From Candidatus Babeliales bacterium (lineage in GTDB: Bacteria > Babelota > Babeliae > Babelales > JANWKD01), in NCBI GenBank assembly GCA_963701665.1, contig OY969622.1, positions 569,159-633,158 of the forward strand: 64,000 nt of DNA, written 5' to 3'. The notes beneath the pieces were generated by a model. The model worked only from the letters and a program-made list of their open reading frames with translations, did not search any database and had not been told where the DNA came from. The position numbers and the translations under genes were made by a program. Below, piece after piece: positions 44,495-53,501 of the stretch (position 1 is the first letter of the stretch; the number at the start of each line of letters is the position of its first letter).

Positions 44495-44884
44495 ATGAAA
44501 AATATAAAAAGTTTTGTGATAATATTTTCATTGTTCTTGGTTGAGTGTTCTTATATGAATGCTATGGATTATGAAACACAAAAAATTATGGTGCTTCTTA
44601 CTCCTTGGATAGAGAGAAAAGAACTTGCATTACAATACATGGATGAGGCAATACAATCAAACAGCGTCAAAAAAGTTGAAGAAACTATTCAAAAAATCAA
44701 AGTAATAACAATCTTTAATCCTGAAACAAAAATTATAGATCTTCAAGTTGGTCAATTATCTGATAGTATAGAATATTCATTATTTATGAGATGGCTTGAT
44801 TTAGCAAATAATACTGAAGAACCGCAAAAAAAAGCTGATTCAATAGCAAAAAATTCATCGAGCTGGTGGTGTTCTTTGCAATAA
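44495..44884 (+). CDS. Hypothetical secreted protein
   Basis: 129-aa ORF with a signal-like start (KSFVIIFSLFLVECSYMNA), followed by a terminator. Confidence 0.45.
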   Translation: MKNIKSFVIIFSLFLVECSYMNAMDYETQKIMVLLTPWIERKELALQYMDEAIQSNSVKKVEETIQKIKVITIFNPETKIIDLQVGQLSDSIEYSLFMRWLDLANNTEEPQKKADSIAKNSSSWWCSLQ

Positions 44885-44906
44885 ATTTAATTCAAGTAAT
44901 TATGGT

Positions 44907-44937
44907 AGAGCTCTTTTTTCAAAGAGCTCTTTTTTTC
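44907..44937. terminator. Rho-independent terminator (usable in both directions)
   Basis: The stem is AGAGCTCTTT / AAAGAGCTCT, followed by TTTTTTT. It sits between convergent genes. Confidence 0.75.
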
Positions 44938-44938
44938 T

Positions 44939-45406
44939 TTAATTCAAAACACTTTTTTTATCAGGTTTCCACTGTTTTAAAATTTCTTTTAAAAGCGCAT
45001 CTTGCAAAGATTCTTTTGATGAATCTTCATCAAGTTTTGAACTTGCTTTTACAAGACTTGATTCAACCATTTCATTGGTACAAATGGTGGCATCGAGATG
45101 ATTAAGCGCCGGAATTAAATTTCTTTCTACAGTCTTTTTTACCCCAAGCTCATTTGTTGTTTCATGAAGAAGTATATCAAGCAAACTTAAAAAATCAGCG
45201 ATGCTATTTTGAATATGTGCATCTGAAGTTTGTAATTCGATAGTGTCATCAGTTTTTTCAATTGAATCACGAAACCCTTGGCGTACGGCACGTGCAATAA
45301 TTTTCTTTAAGGCTTCAGCTTCATGATCAACAAGCCATTGGAGCAAATACAAAAGCTCATAGGAGAGTACAAATTGTCCGTTATTAGTATTAAATGAATC
45401 AGGCAT
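44939..45406 (-). CDS. Hypothetical acidic helical protein, third gene of the hspR-htpX unit
   Basis: 155-aa ORF starting 11 nt after the htpX stop, on the same strand. No motif recognised. Confidence 0.5.
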   Translation of the reverse strand: MPDSFNTNNGQFVLSYELLYLLQWLVDHEAEALKKIIARAVRQGFRDSIEKTDDTIELQTSDAHIQNSIADFLSLLDILLHETTNELGVKKTVERNLIPALNHLDATICTNEMVESSLVKASSKLDEDSSKESLQDALLKEILKQWKPDKKSVLN

Positions 45407-45417
45407 GCTTTACCTCC

Positions 45418-46302
45418 TTAATAGTGTTTGTTTAACATTTTTCGTAATCGTTCAACACGCTGTTGTACCGGTGGATGTGTGGAAAATAAATTACTCCACT
45501 GCATTGTGGTAAATGGATTGACGATAAATAATGAAGCAGTAGCAGCTTTAGCTGGTTCTTTTTGTGCATCAAAATGCTCACGTTGTACGTTGGTCTGTAA
45601 TTTTTCTAGTGCTGATGCGAGCGCAAGGGGTTCGCGCGAATAATGTGCACCCGATTCGTCAGCCATAAACTCTCGGGACCTAGAGATGGCAAATTGAATG
45701 AGTGCAGCAGCAATAGGCATAAGCACGGCAACAATAATCATAACGATCGGATTGCTCCCTCTTTTATTTGAGCGAGAGTTGCTGAGGGTACCCCAAAATG
45801 CTGCGTGTTGCATCATATTTGCTAAATAGCCAATAGCAGTTGCCATGGTTGCAGCAATAGTGCTGATCAGAACATCTCTATTTTTAATATGCGATAATTC
45901 GTGTGATAAAACACCGCGCAATTCATCTTCATTTAAGATGCCCAAAATTCCTGTGGTGAGCGCAACAGAAGCATGGCTAGGGTTTCTACCTGTTGCAAAT
46001 GCATTGGCAACGGGAGTAGGTACAAGCCATAATTTAGGCATTGGGATGTTCATGGTATGGGTGAGTTCTTGTACCATCGCATAAATATAGGAATATTTCG
46101 TAGCATCAAGCGGCTGCGCGCGATACATTGATAACACAATTTTTTCTGAAAAAAAATAGGTTATAAAATTCATAATAAGCGAGAGAACGAGTGCAATTTT
46201 CAATCCTTGAGCACCGCCGAATAAGCTGCCGAGTGCAAGGAGGATGCCGCTCATTAAAGCAAGCAACATAACTGTTTTAAAGGTATTGAGTATCATAGGC
46301 AA
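45418..46302 (-). CDS. htpX: Zinc metalloprotease HtpX (M48)
   Basis: The zinc motif is HELSHIKNRD (HExxH). The protein has four TM segments, a downstream REFMADE glutamate and a typical length of 294 aa. Confidence 0.9.
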   Translation of the reverse strand: MPMILNTFKTVMLLALMSGILLALGSLFGGAQGLKIALVLSLIMNFITYFFSEKIVLSMYRAQPLDATKYSYIYAMVQELTHTMNIPMPKLWLVPTPVANAFATGRNPSHASVALTTGILGILNEDELRGVLSHELSHIKNRDVLISTIAATMATAIGYLANMMQHAAFWGTLSNSRSNKRGSNPIVMIIVAVLMPIAAALIQFAISRSREFMADESGAHYSREPLALASALEKLQTNVQREHFDAQKEPAKAATASLFIVNPFTTMQWSNLFSTHPPVQQRVERLRKMLNKHY

Positions 46303-46314
46303 CCTCTTAAGTAA

Positions 46315-46779
46315 CTATTCATCATAATCTATTTTCCATTGAACAAGATCAACAGTTTCGTCCAATGGCGTATTTGTTTCTTGGTTTCTTGCATGTATTT
46401 TTTGTAACATTGGTGTTTGTTTCATATACATTAATTTTTTAGCATTTTCTTGTGCATTTATTTTGCAAACCATGCTTTCTTTAGTAAGTGCATCATTAAC
46501 ATCGTCAAATACAAGGTTCATCTGTTTTTGCAATTTTTGTACTTTTTTTTGTAATTTTAATATCATTTCCACTCCTGCCAAGTTAATGCCAAGTTGATGG
46601 GTTAAGTAGATAATTTCTTCCAGTCTATTAACATCCTCTTCAGAAAAAAGACGTGTATTACCCTCAGATCGTTTTGGGGTAATAAGACCTTCTTTTTCAT
46701 AGAGCCGAATAGTCTGTTGGTGTACTGAAAACATTTCAGCAACAGCCGATATTGAAAAATATCCTTTTTTTCTTTTCAT
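46315..46779 (-). CDS. hspR: MerR-family heat-shock regulator (HspR-like)
   Basis: The N-terminal HTH is YFSISAVAEMFSVHQQTIRLYEKEGLITPKRSEGNTRLFSEEDVNRLEEI. It lies directly upstream of htpX. Confidence 0.75.
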   Translation of the reverse strand: MKRKKGYFSISAVAEMFSVHQQTIRLYEKEGLITPKRSEGNTRLFSEEDVNRLEEIIYLTHQLGINLAGVEMILKLQKKVQKLQKQMNLVFDDVNDALTKESMVCKINAQENAKKLMYMKQTPMLQKIHARNQETNTPLDETVDLVQWKIDYDE

Positions 46780-46805
46780 AGGTTTTTCCCGTTATGAACA
46801 AGTAT

Positions 46806-46850
46806 CTACCTTTATTGGTAGTATGCGCATAAAGCTACTCTATTTTACCA
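46806..46850 (-). promoter_or_regulatory. Candidate hspR promoter (extended -10) with operator-like palindromes
   Basis: Read on the minus strand, TGGTAAAAT (46850-46842) has the TGn+TAAAAT extended -10 form. Just downstream are a perfect 10-bp palindrome TATGCGCATA (46822-46831) and the inverted repeat CTACC-N6-GGTAG (46806-46821), 27-70 nt upstream of the hspR ATG. Confidence 0.3.
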
Positions 46851-47064
46851 CAATTTTTTAAAGAAAGCATTGCATTCGTATGGCCTATCATCAATATTTA
46901 TTCCATAAAATTTCAATCTGAAATTTTGAGGGTTGGTTTTTAATTTTTCAATATTCTTGTATTTAAAGAATACTGTTTGATAAGAAATAAAATAGCCAAT
47001 GTATGCTCTACCTTCATTGACTATTTGTATGAAATAATAGGTTCACAAGGATAAGGAAAGTCTC

Positions 47065-48882
47065 ATGAACATAAGAATGATAGGTGTTTTCCTGGTATGG
47101 CTTTTACCTTGCTTTGGTATGGTACATAATTCAGAAATCAAAAAAGATCTGGCTGTTCTTACCCAGAAATTACAAGCTTTGGGCCTCAATAAAGAAGAAA
47201 GAAAAGGAACTGTCAGATTTACTTCTGAGACCTTGGCAAGTTTAAAAGATTTTGCTCAACGACATGGCATTAGCGACCTTAATGAGGCATTAAGATTAGC
47301 CCTATCAGGGGCGGGTGAAGCGACCGGAGGCCCAGGACCTATACCGAGCTTTCAACCTGTGCCAACCCTAGGCCCTGTGATGCCACCTCCGCCTCCTCCG
47401 CCAGCTCCTCCTGTAGCAGAAGTTAAAACTGGGCCCCCAGTGCTTTCGGCTATAGAAGAAATTGTTGCCGGTGGCAAGAAGCTTAGTCATGTTGGTGGTG
47501 AGAAAAAAGAGTATTCCAAAGAAGAAAAACTAATTTCTGATACAGAATTTTTGAAAGCATTTGATGCCAACACATTTGAAGAGCTCCTGGATAATATAAG
47601 GAATCTACGGGCTGATCCAAAGTATTTAAAAAAAGAGTCGATTAAAGAACCAATAAGGCTAGACCAACCGATAAATCTTGATTTAAATGAGATGCTGACG
47701 ATGAGCAGAACTCTTTTAGCTCTGCTTGAAAAAAAAAATAAAGTTTCCCTTAAACAGATTAATCATGGCTATCTAAAGAGTTATATGTTTGATCCTTCAT
47801 TGTTTGACGAAGGGTATTTTGAAAAACTGAATAATTTGGTTGGTGCTGAATCCGTCAGCCCAAAAAAAACGGAAGTTGCTTATAGTGCGTTTAAAGAAAT
47901 TATGCGTGAACTTATTAATGAAGCGCCTAATCTAGATTATCTTTTAGATGTCATTAAAAATCTGCCTTCTAATCAGAAAAGGATTGTTGTACCCCTTGAA
48001 AAAGCTAAATTTTTGACATTGGAGGGAAAGGATTTTAATACTTTTGAAGCTTTGAAAAATTATAGCAATGCTGGGCGAGATGAAAACTTTGTTAAGGAAC
48101 TAAAAAAGATTGTAAAAGGGTATGAACAAGAAGAAGAAAAAATAGATACACTTTTAGCCAATTATTTAGTCTATGTTAAGTTTGATAGTGCTGTTATGAA
48201 TATCTTTAGAGATAAAGGAATAACGTCAAGTCGCGAAGTTTACGATGCGCTTCAGGAACTGAATGTTGATGAAAAATATGATAAAGCGGTTATACAACCT
48301 TTACTAAAAAAACTTACGGCATTGAAACGTACTCCTCAAAAAATTTATCTTCTGTTAAAACAACGTATAAAACATTCACATCTTGTTGAAAATATAGAAC
48401 AGGATATTAGAAAAAAAATAGAACCATATGGATTATTAGTAATGTTGCTGAAATTTTTCAATAAATATTTTGCAAACAATAATGATCCTCAATTTCGTCT
48501 GATATGTGTAAAAGCGCTGAAAACAGCACTTTCAGATTTACATGAGCATGGTAGCTTTATTAACGTAATTAAAAAAATGAAAAAGAAATTAAATAAAGGG
48601 AATGAGACTCTCAATAGGAATATTATTGCGATGAGTGATGATTTTCAGAAATTTCTAAAAAAGACATCGGGTAATAAAGAGAGCTATAAAAAAGGGACTA
48701 TTAATCCAATGTTAAATTATTTGATTCCTGAAGCTCTTAATGCACTTAATGAAGCTAAATCAGATGCTTTTACTAACGCCGTCGGTGGTTTTATTGCCAA
48801 CGCTAAAATGCCTGGATTGCTGGAAAAATATAATGCTTTTGCTGCACTATTTGATAAGAATTTAGCAAAGGCGTTTGCATAA
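47065..48882 (+). CDS. Secreted protein with a polyproline tract and a WH2-like motif (candidate actin-targeting effector)
   Basis: The N-terminus is signal-like (MIGVFLVWLLPCFG). MPPPPPPPAPP (47380-47412) is followed 8 aa later by PVLSAIEEIVAGGKKLSHV (47438-47493). The rest of the protein is helical and K/E/N-rich. Confidence 0.6.
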   Translation: MNIRMIGVFLVWLLPCFGMVHNSEIKKDLAVLTQKLQALGLNKEERKGTVRFTSETLASLKDFAQRHGISDLNEALRLALSGAGEATGGPGPIPSFQPVPTLGPVMPPPPPPPAPPVAEVKTGPPVLSAIEEIVAGGKKLSHVGGEKKEYSKEEKLISDTEFLKAFDANTFEELLDNIRNLRADPKYLKKESIKEPIRLDQPINLDLNEMLTMSRTLLALLEKKNKVSLKQINHGYLKSYMFDPSLFDEGYFEKLNNLVGAESVSPKKTEVAYSAFKEIMRELINEAPNLDYLLDVIKNLPSNQKRIVVPLEKAKFLTLEGKDFNTFEALKNYSNAGRDENFVKELKKIVKGYEQEEEKIDTLLANYLVYVKFDSAVMNIFRDKGITSSREVYDALQELNVDEKYDKAVIQPLLKKLTALKRTPQKIYLLLKQRIKHSHLVENIEQDIRKKIEPYGLLVMLLKFFNKYFANNNDPQFRLICVKALKTALSDLHEHGSFINVIKKMKKKLNKGNETLNRNIIAMSDDFQKFLKKTSGNKESYKKGTINPMLNYLIPEALNALNEAKSDAFTNAVGGFIANAKMPGLLEKYNAFAALFDKNLAKAFA

Positions 48883-48898
48883 GGGAGAACCGGGTATT

Positions 48899-50011
48899 TT
48901 ACACATTAAACTTGATGTTGATGATATCGCCATCCTGAACAATGTATTCTTGGCCTTCAGTTTTCATTTTGCCTTTTTCTTTTACCTTAGCTTCACTGCC
49001 TAAAGCAAAAAGATCTGCGCAATTAAAAACATCAGCACAGATAAACCCTCGTTCAAGATCCGAGTGAATTTCGCCGCCCGCTTGGCGTACTGTTTTCCCT
49101 CGCGTGAATGGCCACGCGTGTATTTCTTTTGGCCCGCACGTAAAGAAGGTTATGAGCCCGAGGTTGCTGTATGTTTTTTTAATAATTTCATCAAGGCCGC
49201 GCGCTTTAATGCCCATAAAACCCATCATTTGTTCAGCTTCATCATCGGGTAATTGCGAAAGTTCGTATTCCAATTTTGCACTGATTGGAATTACTTTCTC
49301 TGGTCCAAATTTTTTCACCAAAGATTGGTAATATGTATTTGATTCATAACCGCCTTGTTCAGCTTCGTGCTCAGCAATATTGGCAACGATCAGGAAATTT
49401 TTTGTAGTAAGTAGTGGTACTGTGGCCACCGCATGCTGTTTTATGGTGGCTTGAACAGATTCTAACGTTCCTTGATTGAGCTCTTTCATCAAAGCTTCTA
49501 AAAGTTGTAACTCTGCCGTAAGTTCTTTAAATTCAGCAGGCTTATTTTTTGCTGATTTTAAAAGATGCTGTACTTTTTCGATGCGTTTGCTGACTGACTC
49601 AATATCTTTGAGCATAAGTTCGGCATTAATAATATCGAAATCGTTAAGTGGATCTATATCAGCACTCGTGTGAATAATATTAGGATCAGAAAAACAACGT
49701 ACGACATGAATAATGAGATCAACTTCACGAATATGACTAAGAAATTGATTGCCAAGCCCCTCGCCTGAAGCTGCCCCTTTAACAAGGCCTGCAATGTCAA
49801 CAAAACTAACCGTGGCAGGGATCTGTTTTTGGCTGTTATAGATTTTTTGAAGTTTTGTAAGACGCTCATCTGGCACATTGGTTATGGCAACATGAGGATC
49901 AATGGTGCAAAAAGGATAATTTTCTGCGGGTACCGCAGATTTTGTCAATGCATTAAAAAGGGTTGATTTTCCAACATTGGGTAATCCAACAAGGCCAGCG
50001 CGTATACTCAT
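48899..50011 (-). CDS. ychF: Ribosome-binding ATPase YchF
   Basis: The G1 motif is GLVGLPNVGKSTLFNALT, followed by PFCTIDP, DIAGLVKGAS and the C-terminal TGS-like EYIVQDGDIINIKFNV. The start was chosen at MSIRAGLVG (ATG 50011). Confidence 0.95.
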   Translation of the reverse strand: MSIRAGLVGLPNVGKSTLFNALTKSAVPAENYPFCTIDPHVAITNVPDERLTKLQKIYNSQKQIPATVSFVDIAGLVKGAASGEGLGNQFLSHIREVDLIIHVVRCFSDPNIIHTSADIDPLNDFDIINAELMLKDIESVSKRIEKVQHLLKSAKNKPAEFKELTAELQLLEALMKELNQGTLESVQATIKQHAVATVPLLTTKNFLIVANIAEHEAEQGGYESNTYYQSLVKKFGPEKVIPISAKLEYELSQLPDDEAEQMMGFMGIKARGLDEIIKKTYSNLGLITFFTCGPKEIHAWPFTRGKTVRQAGGEIHSDLERGFICADVFNCADLFALGSEAKVKEKGKMKTEGQEYIVQDGDIINIKFNV

Positions 50012-50186
50012 GGGAAATAATATCCTTAGCAAATAAAACAATATCACTTCTAGTCTGCTTTAAAAAACAAATTTTATCAAATAACGCATCATAGTAATTT
50101 TATAAATTGAAATTATTGATTTTAAATTAATGTCTTTTGTATTCTATTAATAACTATAAAGGGCAGAGTAATTTTTGAGGAACAGT

Positions 50187-53108
50187 ATGATAAAAAAGCG
50201 GTATATTCTTGGGCTTTTGTTGAGTGTTATTTGTATTACCGTATTAGAAACCATGGTTGCAGGTGAACGTGTTGTTGAAGAAAAACCATGGAAACCTGCT
50301 GAAGAGCCGAAATCTGTTGAGGAAGCGAAAAGGCTTCAAGAAATAGCTCGTAAAGAAGAATTGGCGGCAGAAAAGAAGCTTGAAGAAGCAAAAAAGGCAA
50401 AAGACACCGAGGAGATGCGTAAACAACAGGCTCTTGTGGATAAAGCACAATTTGATTGGAATACTGCTGATGCAGTTATAACTAATTTAGGTGTACTGCA
50501 AGATCCTGCTCAATCTAAAGAAATGAAAAAATCCGCACAGGAAACATTGGAGAATCGAAAAATTGAGATAACCCAAAAGATTAGAGAATATGAAAAAGCA
50601 TTAGCAGGAACTGGTACATCTACAGGAACGGGCACTCAAAATGCCGTTAAGAGCTATCAAGAAAAAGTTGCAACTGAATTACAAGGACTCTCAGAGAAAC
50701 AAATCTTGGGAGAATTAAAAGCAGAGATTGATGCTCTTGTATCAGGTGGTTATTCATCTACAGCAAAAAAACAGGGAAGAGATATTCCCTATAGTGAGCG
50801 TAAGGCTATGCTTGAGTTCCTAGAAAATACACTCAATGCACGAGTAAAAACGCAAAGTCCCGAAGTTGCTGCATTGAAAAACAGTATTGTTGATACGATT
50901 GAGAATATTGATAATCTCGGTAAACAAAAACCTATTGCTAATAATGCCATAGATAAAAAGTTTGATCTTTCAGAAAAGATCACGGCAGATCAGATTAGGC
51001 TTTTAAGAAAGCAATTAGTGAAAGATGTTTTTGAAAAAGATTTTAAAACACCTGCAGAACGATTAAAAGCGTTGAATGAAATGCAAAAAATTGTTGATAC
51101 CTATGATATTTACGATGATAAGATTCAGCCCGTGATGGATAAAATTGCCCATCAACCTGATATTGTTGAAGCAAAATTAAAAGAGATTGAGATTGCTAAA
51201 ACTATTGCAGCAAAATTTAATGACGCTTTTGTGACATTAAATGATATGTATGAAAGAATTAAATCGTTAAAATATAACGAGCAAGCGACAATGTTAAAGG
51301 ATTTCCAAAATATGTACAATAAATTTCTTCAAGCCAATGAGAAATCTCCAACATTGGATGCCCAGCAACAATCTGCGCTTAAACAAAAATACGATGACGT
51401 TGTGCGACATGCACAAGAAGTCGATGCATTCTTAAAAAATCCAAAGCAGACAAATCAAACGGCCCTAGAAAAAGATTTAAAATTAGCGGAAAAAATCCCT
51501 TCTGATCAAATTAAAGCCATCATGGATCGTATAGAACTCTTTGGTTATACTAATGCAAGGGAATTAACAGCAAAAGATATTGCTACGTTGAAGGATATAC
51601 GAGACGCTATGGATCATTTCAAATTACAAAAAGAGTACTCTGATGAATATGGGTTCATTGATGATCTTATTAAAGATGCCACAAAATCTGTTATTTCTCT
51701 GCCAGAAGGTCTTACCAAAGAAGATGTTGCATCGACATCCATATTGGGTGAAATTGGTGAAAAAATTACGAGTGGTGTGCAAAACATTAAAGATTTTTTT
51801 GTTAAAGATGGTGCCATAATCGTTAAAAATGCCGCTGAGATTGTAGTATATCCAGCGAAAAAAATTGCAGAAGGCTTTAGTTATATAATTCGCGAGACAG
51901 GGAAGTTTTTACAAAAAACATTCACGGCACCTGAGTTTGTTAATAAAATGGCGGATGCCCCAGAGATGCTTGATGATGTATTAACGAGCATAGCTAATCT
52001 TGATACCGCAGGTGGCGGTGTTGTTAAAGGAGTGCTCCGAGCTGATATTGGCATACAACAAGTTTTATTAACCGTTGTTGGACAACAAGATGTAGCTGAT
52101 GCATTAGGTGAATTTGCTAAGATTTCTTATAAAGAGCATGTCAATGATCCTATGGTGCAAAAAATTAAAAGATATGTTGATAAAGTTGGCACTGTTGGCA
52201 AAACGCTTAAATCAATCATGGAATTCCCTAAATATATCGGTGAAAAATTAGAGCAAAGTGTAAGAACCAAAAAAGAAACAGCGTCGTTGAGAGAAATAGA
52301 TGAAACGCAGCGACTGATTGAAGAAGAACGTGCGAATATTACATTAGCAAAAGGAGAAGCTAATAAAGAGATTCCAGGTATTAAGCAGTTAGGCGATTTA
52401 CTATTCAAACTGTCGAACTATGTCAGTGATCGTGTATATAACACTAATAAAAGTATTGAAACGGCACAACAAGACTATGAACAAGCGCGCAAAGACTACT
52501 TCGTGGCATTGGGAGTTGATTATAGTGCAAACTTAACACCACAACAGATTGCCGGGAGAATTGAACAAATGAAATTAAGTAGAAATGATAATTTCATTCA
52601 AGCAACAAATAAATTGGCTGACGCGGTTGATCAGTTGGCTTTTGCCTACGAAGTATTGGTTAATAAATTAACGAGTGTTGAGACTAATTTGAAATTCGTT
52701 GTTGATGCATGGGATATGATTATTATATCCCCCGATGGGCAAAATACAGAGCTTCCGGTAATAATAAAAAGTATTTTTACGCTCCGCGACCTTAAATTAG
52801 CTTATTTAGAGGCAACGAGAAATGGCGTTTTACAAATGCAATCTGACGTTGCTAAATTTAAAGATTCTCCATCAGGATTATTGGCTGATGATGCAGTAAC
52901 GCGCTATAGAAGAGTTGTTGATGATAAAATATTTGAGACAATTCAAGAATATGCAAATGCCATGAATCAAATTGATAGAGCAATTGCAGGGCAAAAAGAA
53001 TTTATTGAATCAAAGTTACCAAAAGTAGTGGATGAAACATCAGGCTCAAGCAGTACTGGCACAGGAAACGTACCACCACCAGATACCGGTGGCGGTGGAT
53101 GGGATTAA
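50187..53108 (+). CDS. Large secreted coiled-coil protein
   Basis: 973 aa with the N-terminus MIKKRYILGLLLSVICITVL. Long K/E/Q-rich helical segments are present, along with a GTGTSTGTGT tract, and the C-terminus is SSSTGTGNVPPPDTGGGGWD. Confidence 0.6.
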   Translation: MIKKRYILGLLLSVICITVLETMVAGERVVEEKPWKPAEEPKSVEEAKRLQEIARKEELAAEKKLEEAKKAKDTEEMRKQQALVDKAQFDWNTADAVITNLGVLQDPAQSKEMKKSAQETLENRKIEITQKIREYEKALAGTGTSTGTGTQNAVKSYQEKVATELQGLSEKQILGELKAEIDALVSGGYSSTAKKQGRDIPYSERKAMLEFLENTLNARVKTQSPEVAALKNSIVDTIENIDNLGKQKPIANNAIDKKFDLSEKITADQIRLLRKQLVKDVFEKDFKTPAERLKALNEMQKIVDTYDIYDDKIQPVMDKIAHQPDIVEAKLKEIEIAKTIAAKFNDAFVTLNDMYERIKSLKYNEQATMLKDFQNMYNKFLQANEKSPTLDAQQQSALKQKYDDVVRHAQEVDAFLKNPKQTNQTALEKDLKLAEKIPSDQIKAIMDRIELFGYTNARELTAKDIATLKDIRDAMDHFKLQKEYSDEYGFIDDLIKDATKSVISLPEGLTKEDVASTSILGEIGEKITSGVQNIKDFFVKDGAIIVKNAAEIVVYPAKKIAEGFSYIIRETGKFLQKTFTAPEFVNKMADAPEMLDDVLTSIANLDTAGGGVVKGVLRADIGIQQVLLTVVGQQDVADALGEFAKISYKEHVNDPMVQKIKRYVDKVGTVGKTLKSIMEFPKYIGEKLEQSVRTKKETASLREIDETQRLIEEERANITLAKGEANKEIPGIKQLGDLLFKLSNYVSDRVYNTNKSIETAQQDYEQARKDYFVALGVDYSANLTPQQIAGRIEQMKLSRNDNFIQATNKLADAVDQLAFAYEVLVNKLTSVETNLKFVVDAWDMIIISPDGQNTELPVIIKSIFTLRDLKLAYLEATRNGVLQMQSDVAKFKDSPSGLLADDAVTRYRRVVDDKIFETIQEYANAMNQIDRAIAGQKEFIESKLPKVVDETSGSSSTGTGNVPPPDTGGGGWD

Positions 53109-53198
53109 TCTTAAAACCAAAACTATTGCATATTCAGGCAGTTTATGCAATCATATTTTTTGTTGTTATATAACTGTCATCATAAGAAAGGAGATGAT

Positions 53199-53441
53199 AT
53201 GCATTCACCAATGAAATTTGTTTATTATTTAATTGTTTTTCTTGCAGCATTAGGTTCAATTCATCTTGGATTACTTGCATCAGGCTATGATATTCTCGCT
53301 ATGGCAAATATTTCACACTTATCAAAAGCGTTGTACACAACGTTTGGTGTTTGTGGAGTTTTAACCGTTATTATGTTGTTCATGCATTGCAGTGGCCATT
53401 GCCATGCAGGGTCATGCAACAGCTCATGCGGATGCAAATAA
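53199..53441 (+). CDS. DUF378-like small membrane protein with a Cys/His-rich tail
   Basis: LIVFLAALGSIHLGLLASGYDILAM...LSKALYTTFGVCGVLTVIMLF resembles the DUF378 pattern (GglNWGLvg.f.fDlva...lsr.vY.lvGlaal). The tail is HCSGHCHAGSCNSSCGCK. The ATG at 53199 follows AAGGAG. Confidence 0.55.
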   Translation: MHSPMKFVYYLIVFLAALGSIHLGLLASGYDILAMANISHLSKALYTTFGVCGVLTVIMLFMHCSGHCHAGSCNSSCGCK

Positions 53442-53466
53442 AACTGCAAGTTTTAAAAATAATGAA

Positions 53467-53501
53467 AGAGGTCTGTTACTGTTTACAGGCCTCTTTTTTT
53501 T
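53467..53501. terminator. Rho-independent terminator overlapping the psd 3' end
   Basis: The stem is AGAGGTCTGT / ACAGGCCTCT, with one G-U pair, followed by TTTTTTTT. Confidence 0.65.

Noticed and set aside
46952-46972. TATTCTT-N7-AAGAATA, an inverted repeat with the same 7-N7-7 geometry as the HspR HAIR operator.
   Set aside because: It lies about 175 nt from the hspR start, closer to the divergent 47065 gene. Its sequence is unrelated to HAIR, and such AT-rich palindromes are expected by chance in this DNA. The promoter-proximal palindromes at 46806-46831 are better candidates.
50161-50172. The 12-mer AAGGGCAGAGTA shared between the leader of the 50187 gene and the region upstream of family member 3 (near 61189).
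   Set aside because: The match is short, the two copies are oriented differently relative to their genes, and 12-mer coincidences are expected many times in 64 kb of AT-rich sequence.
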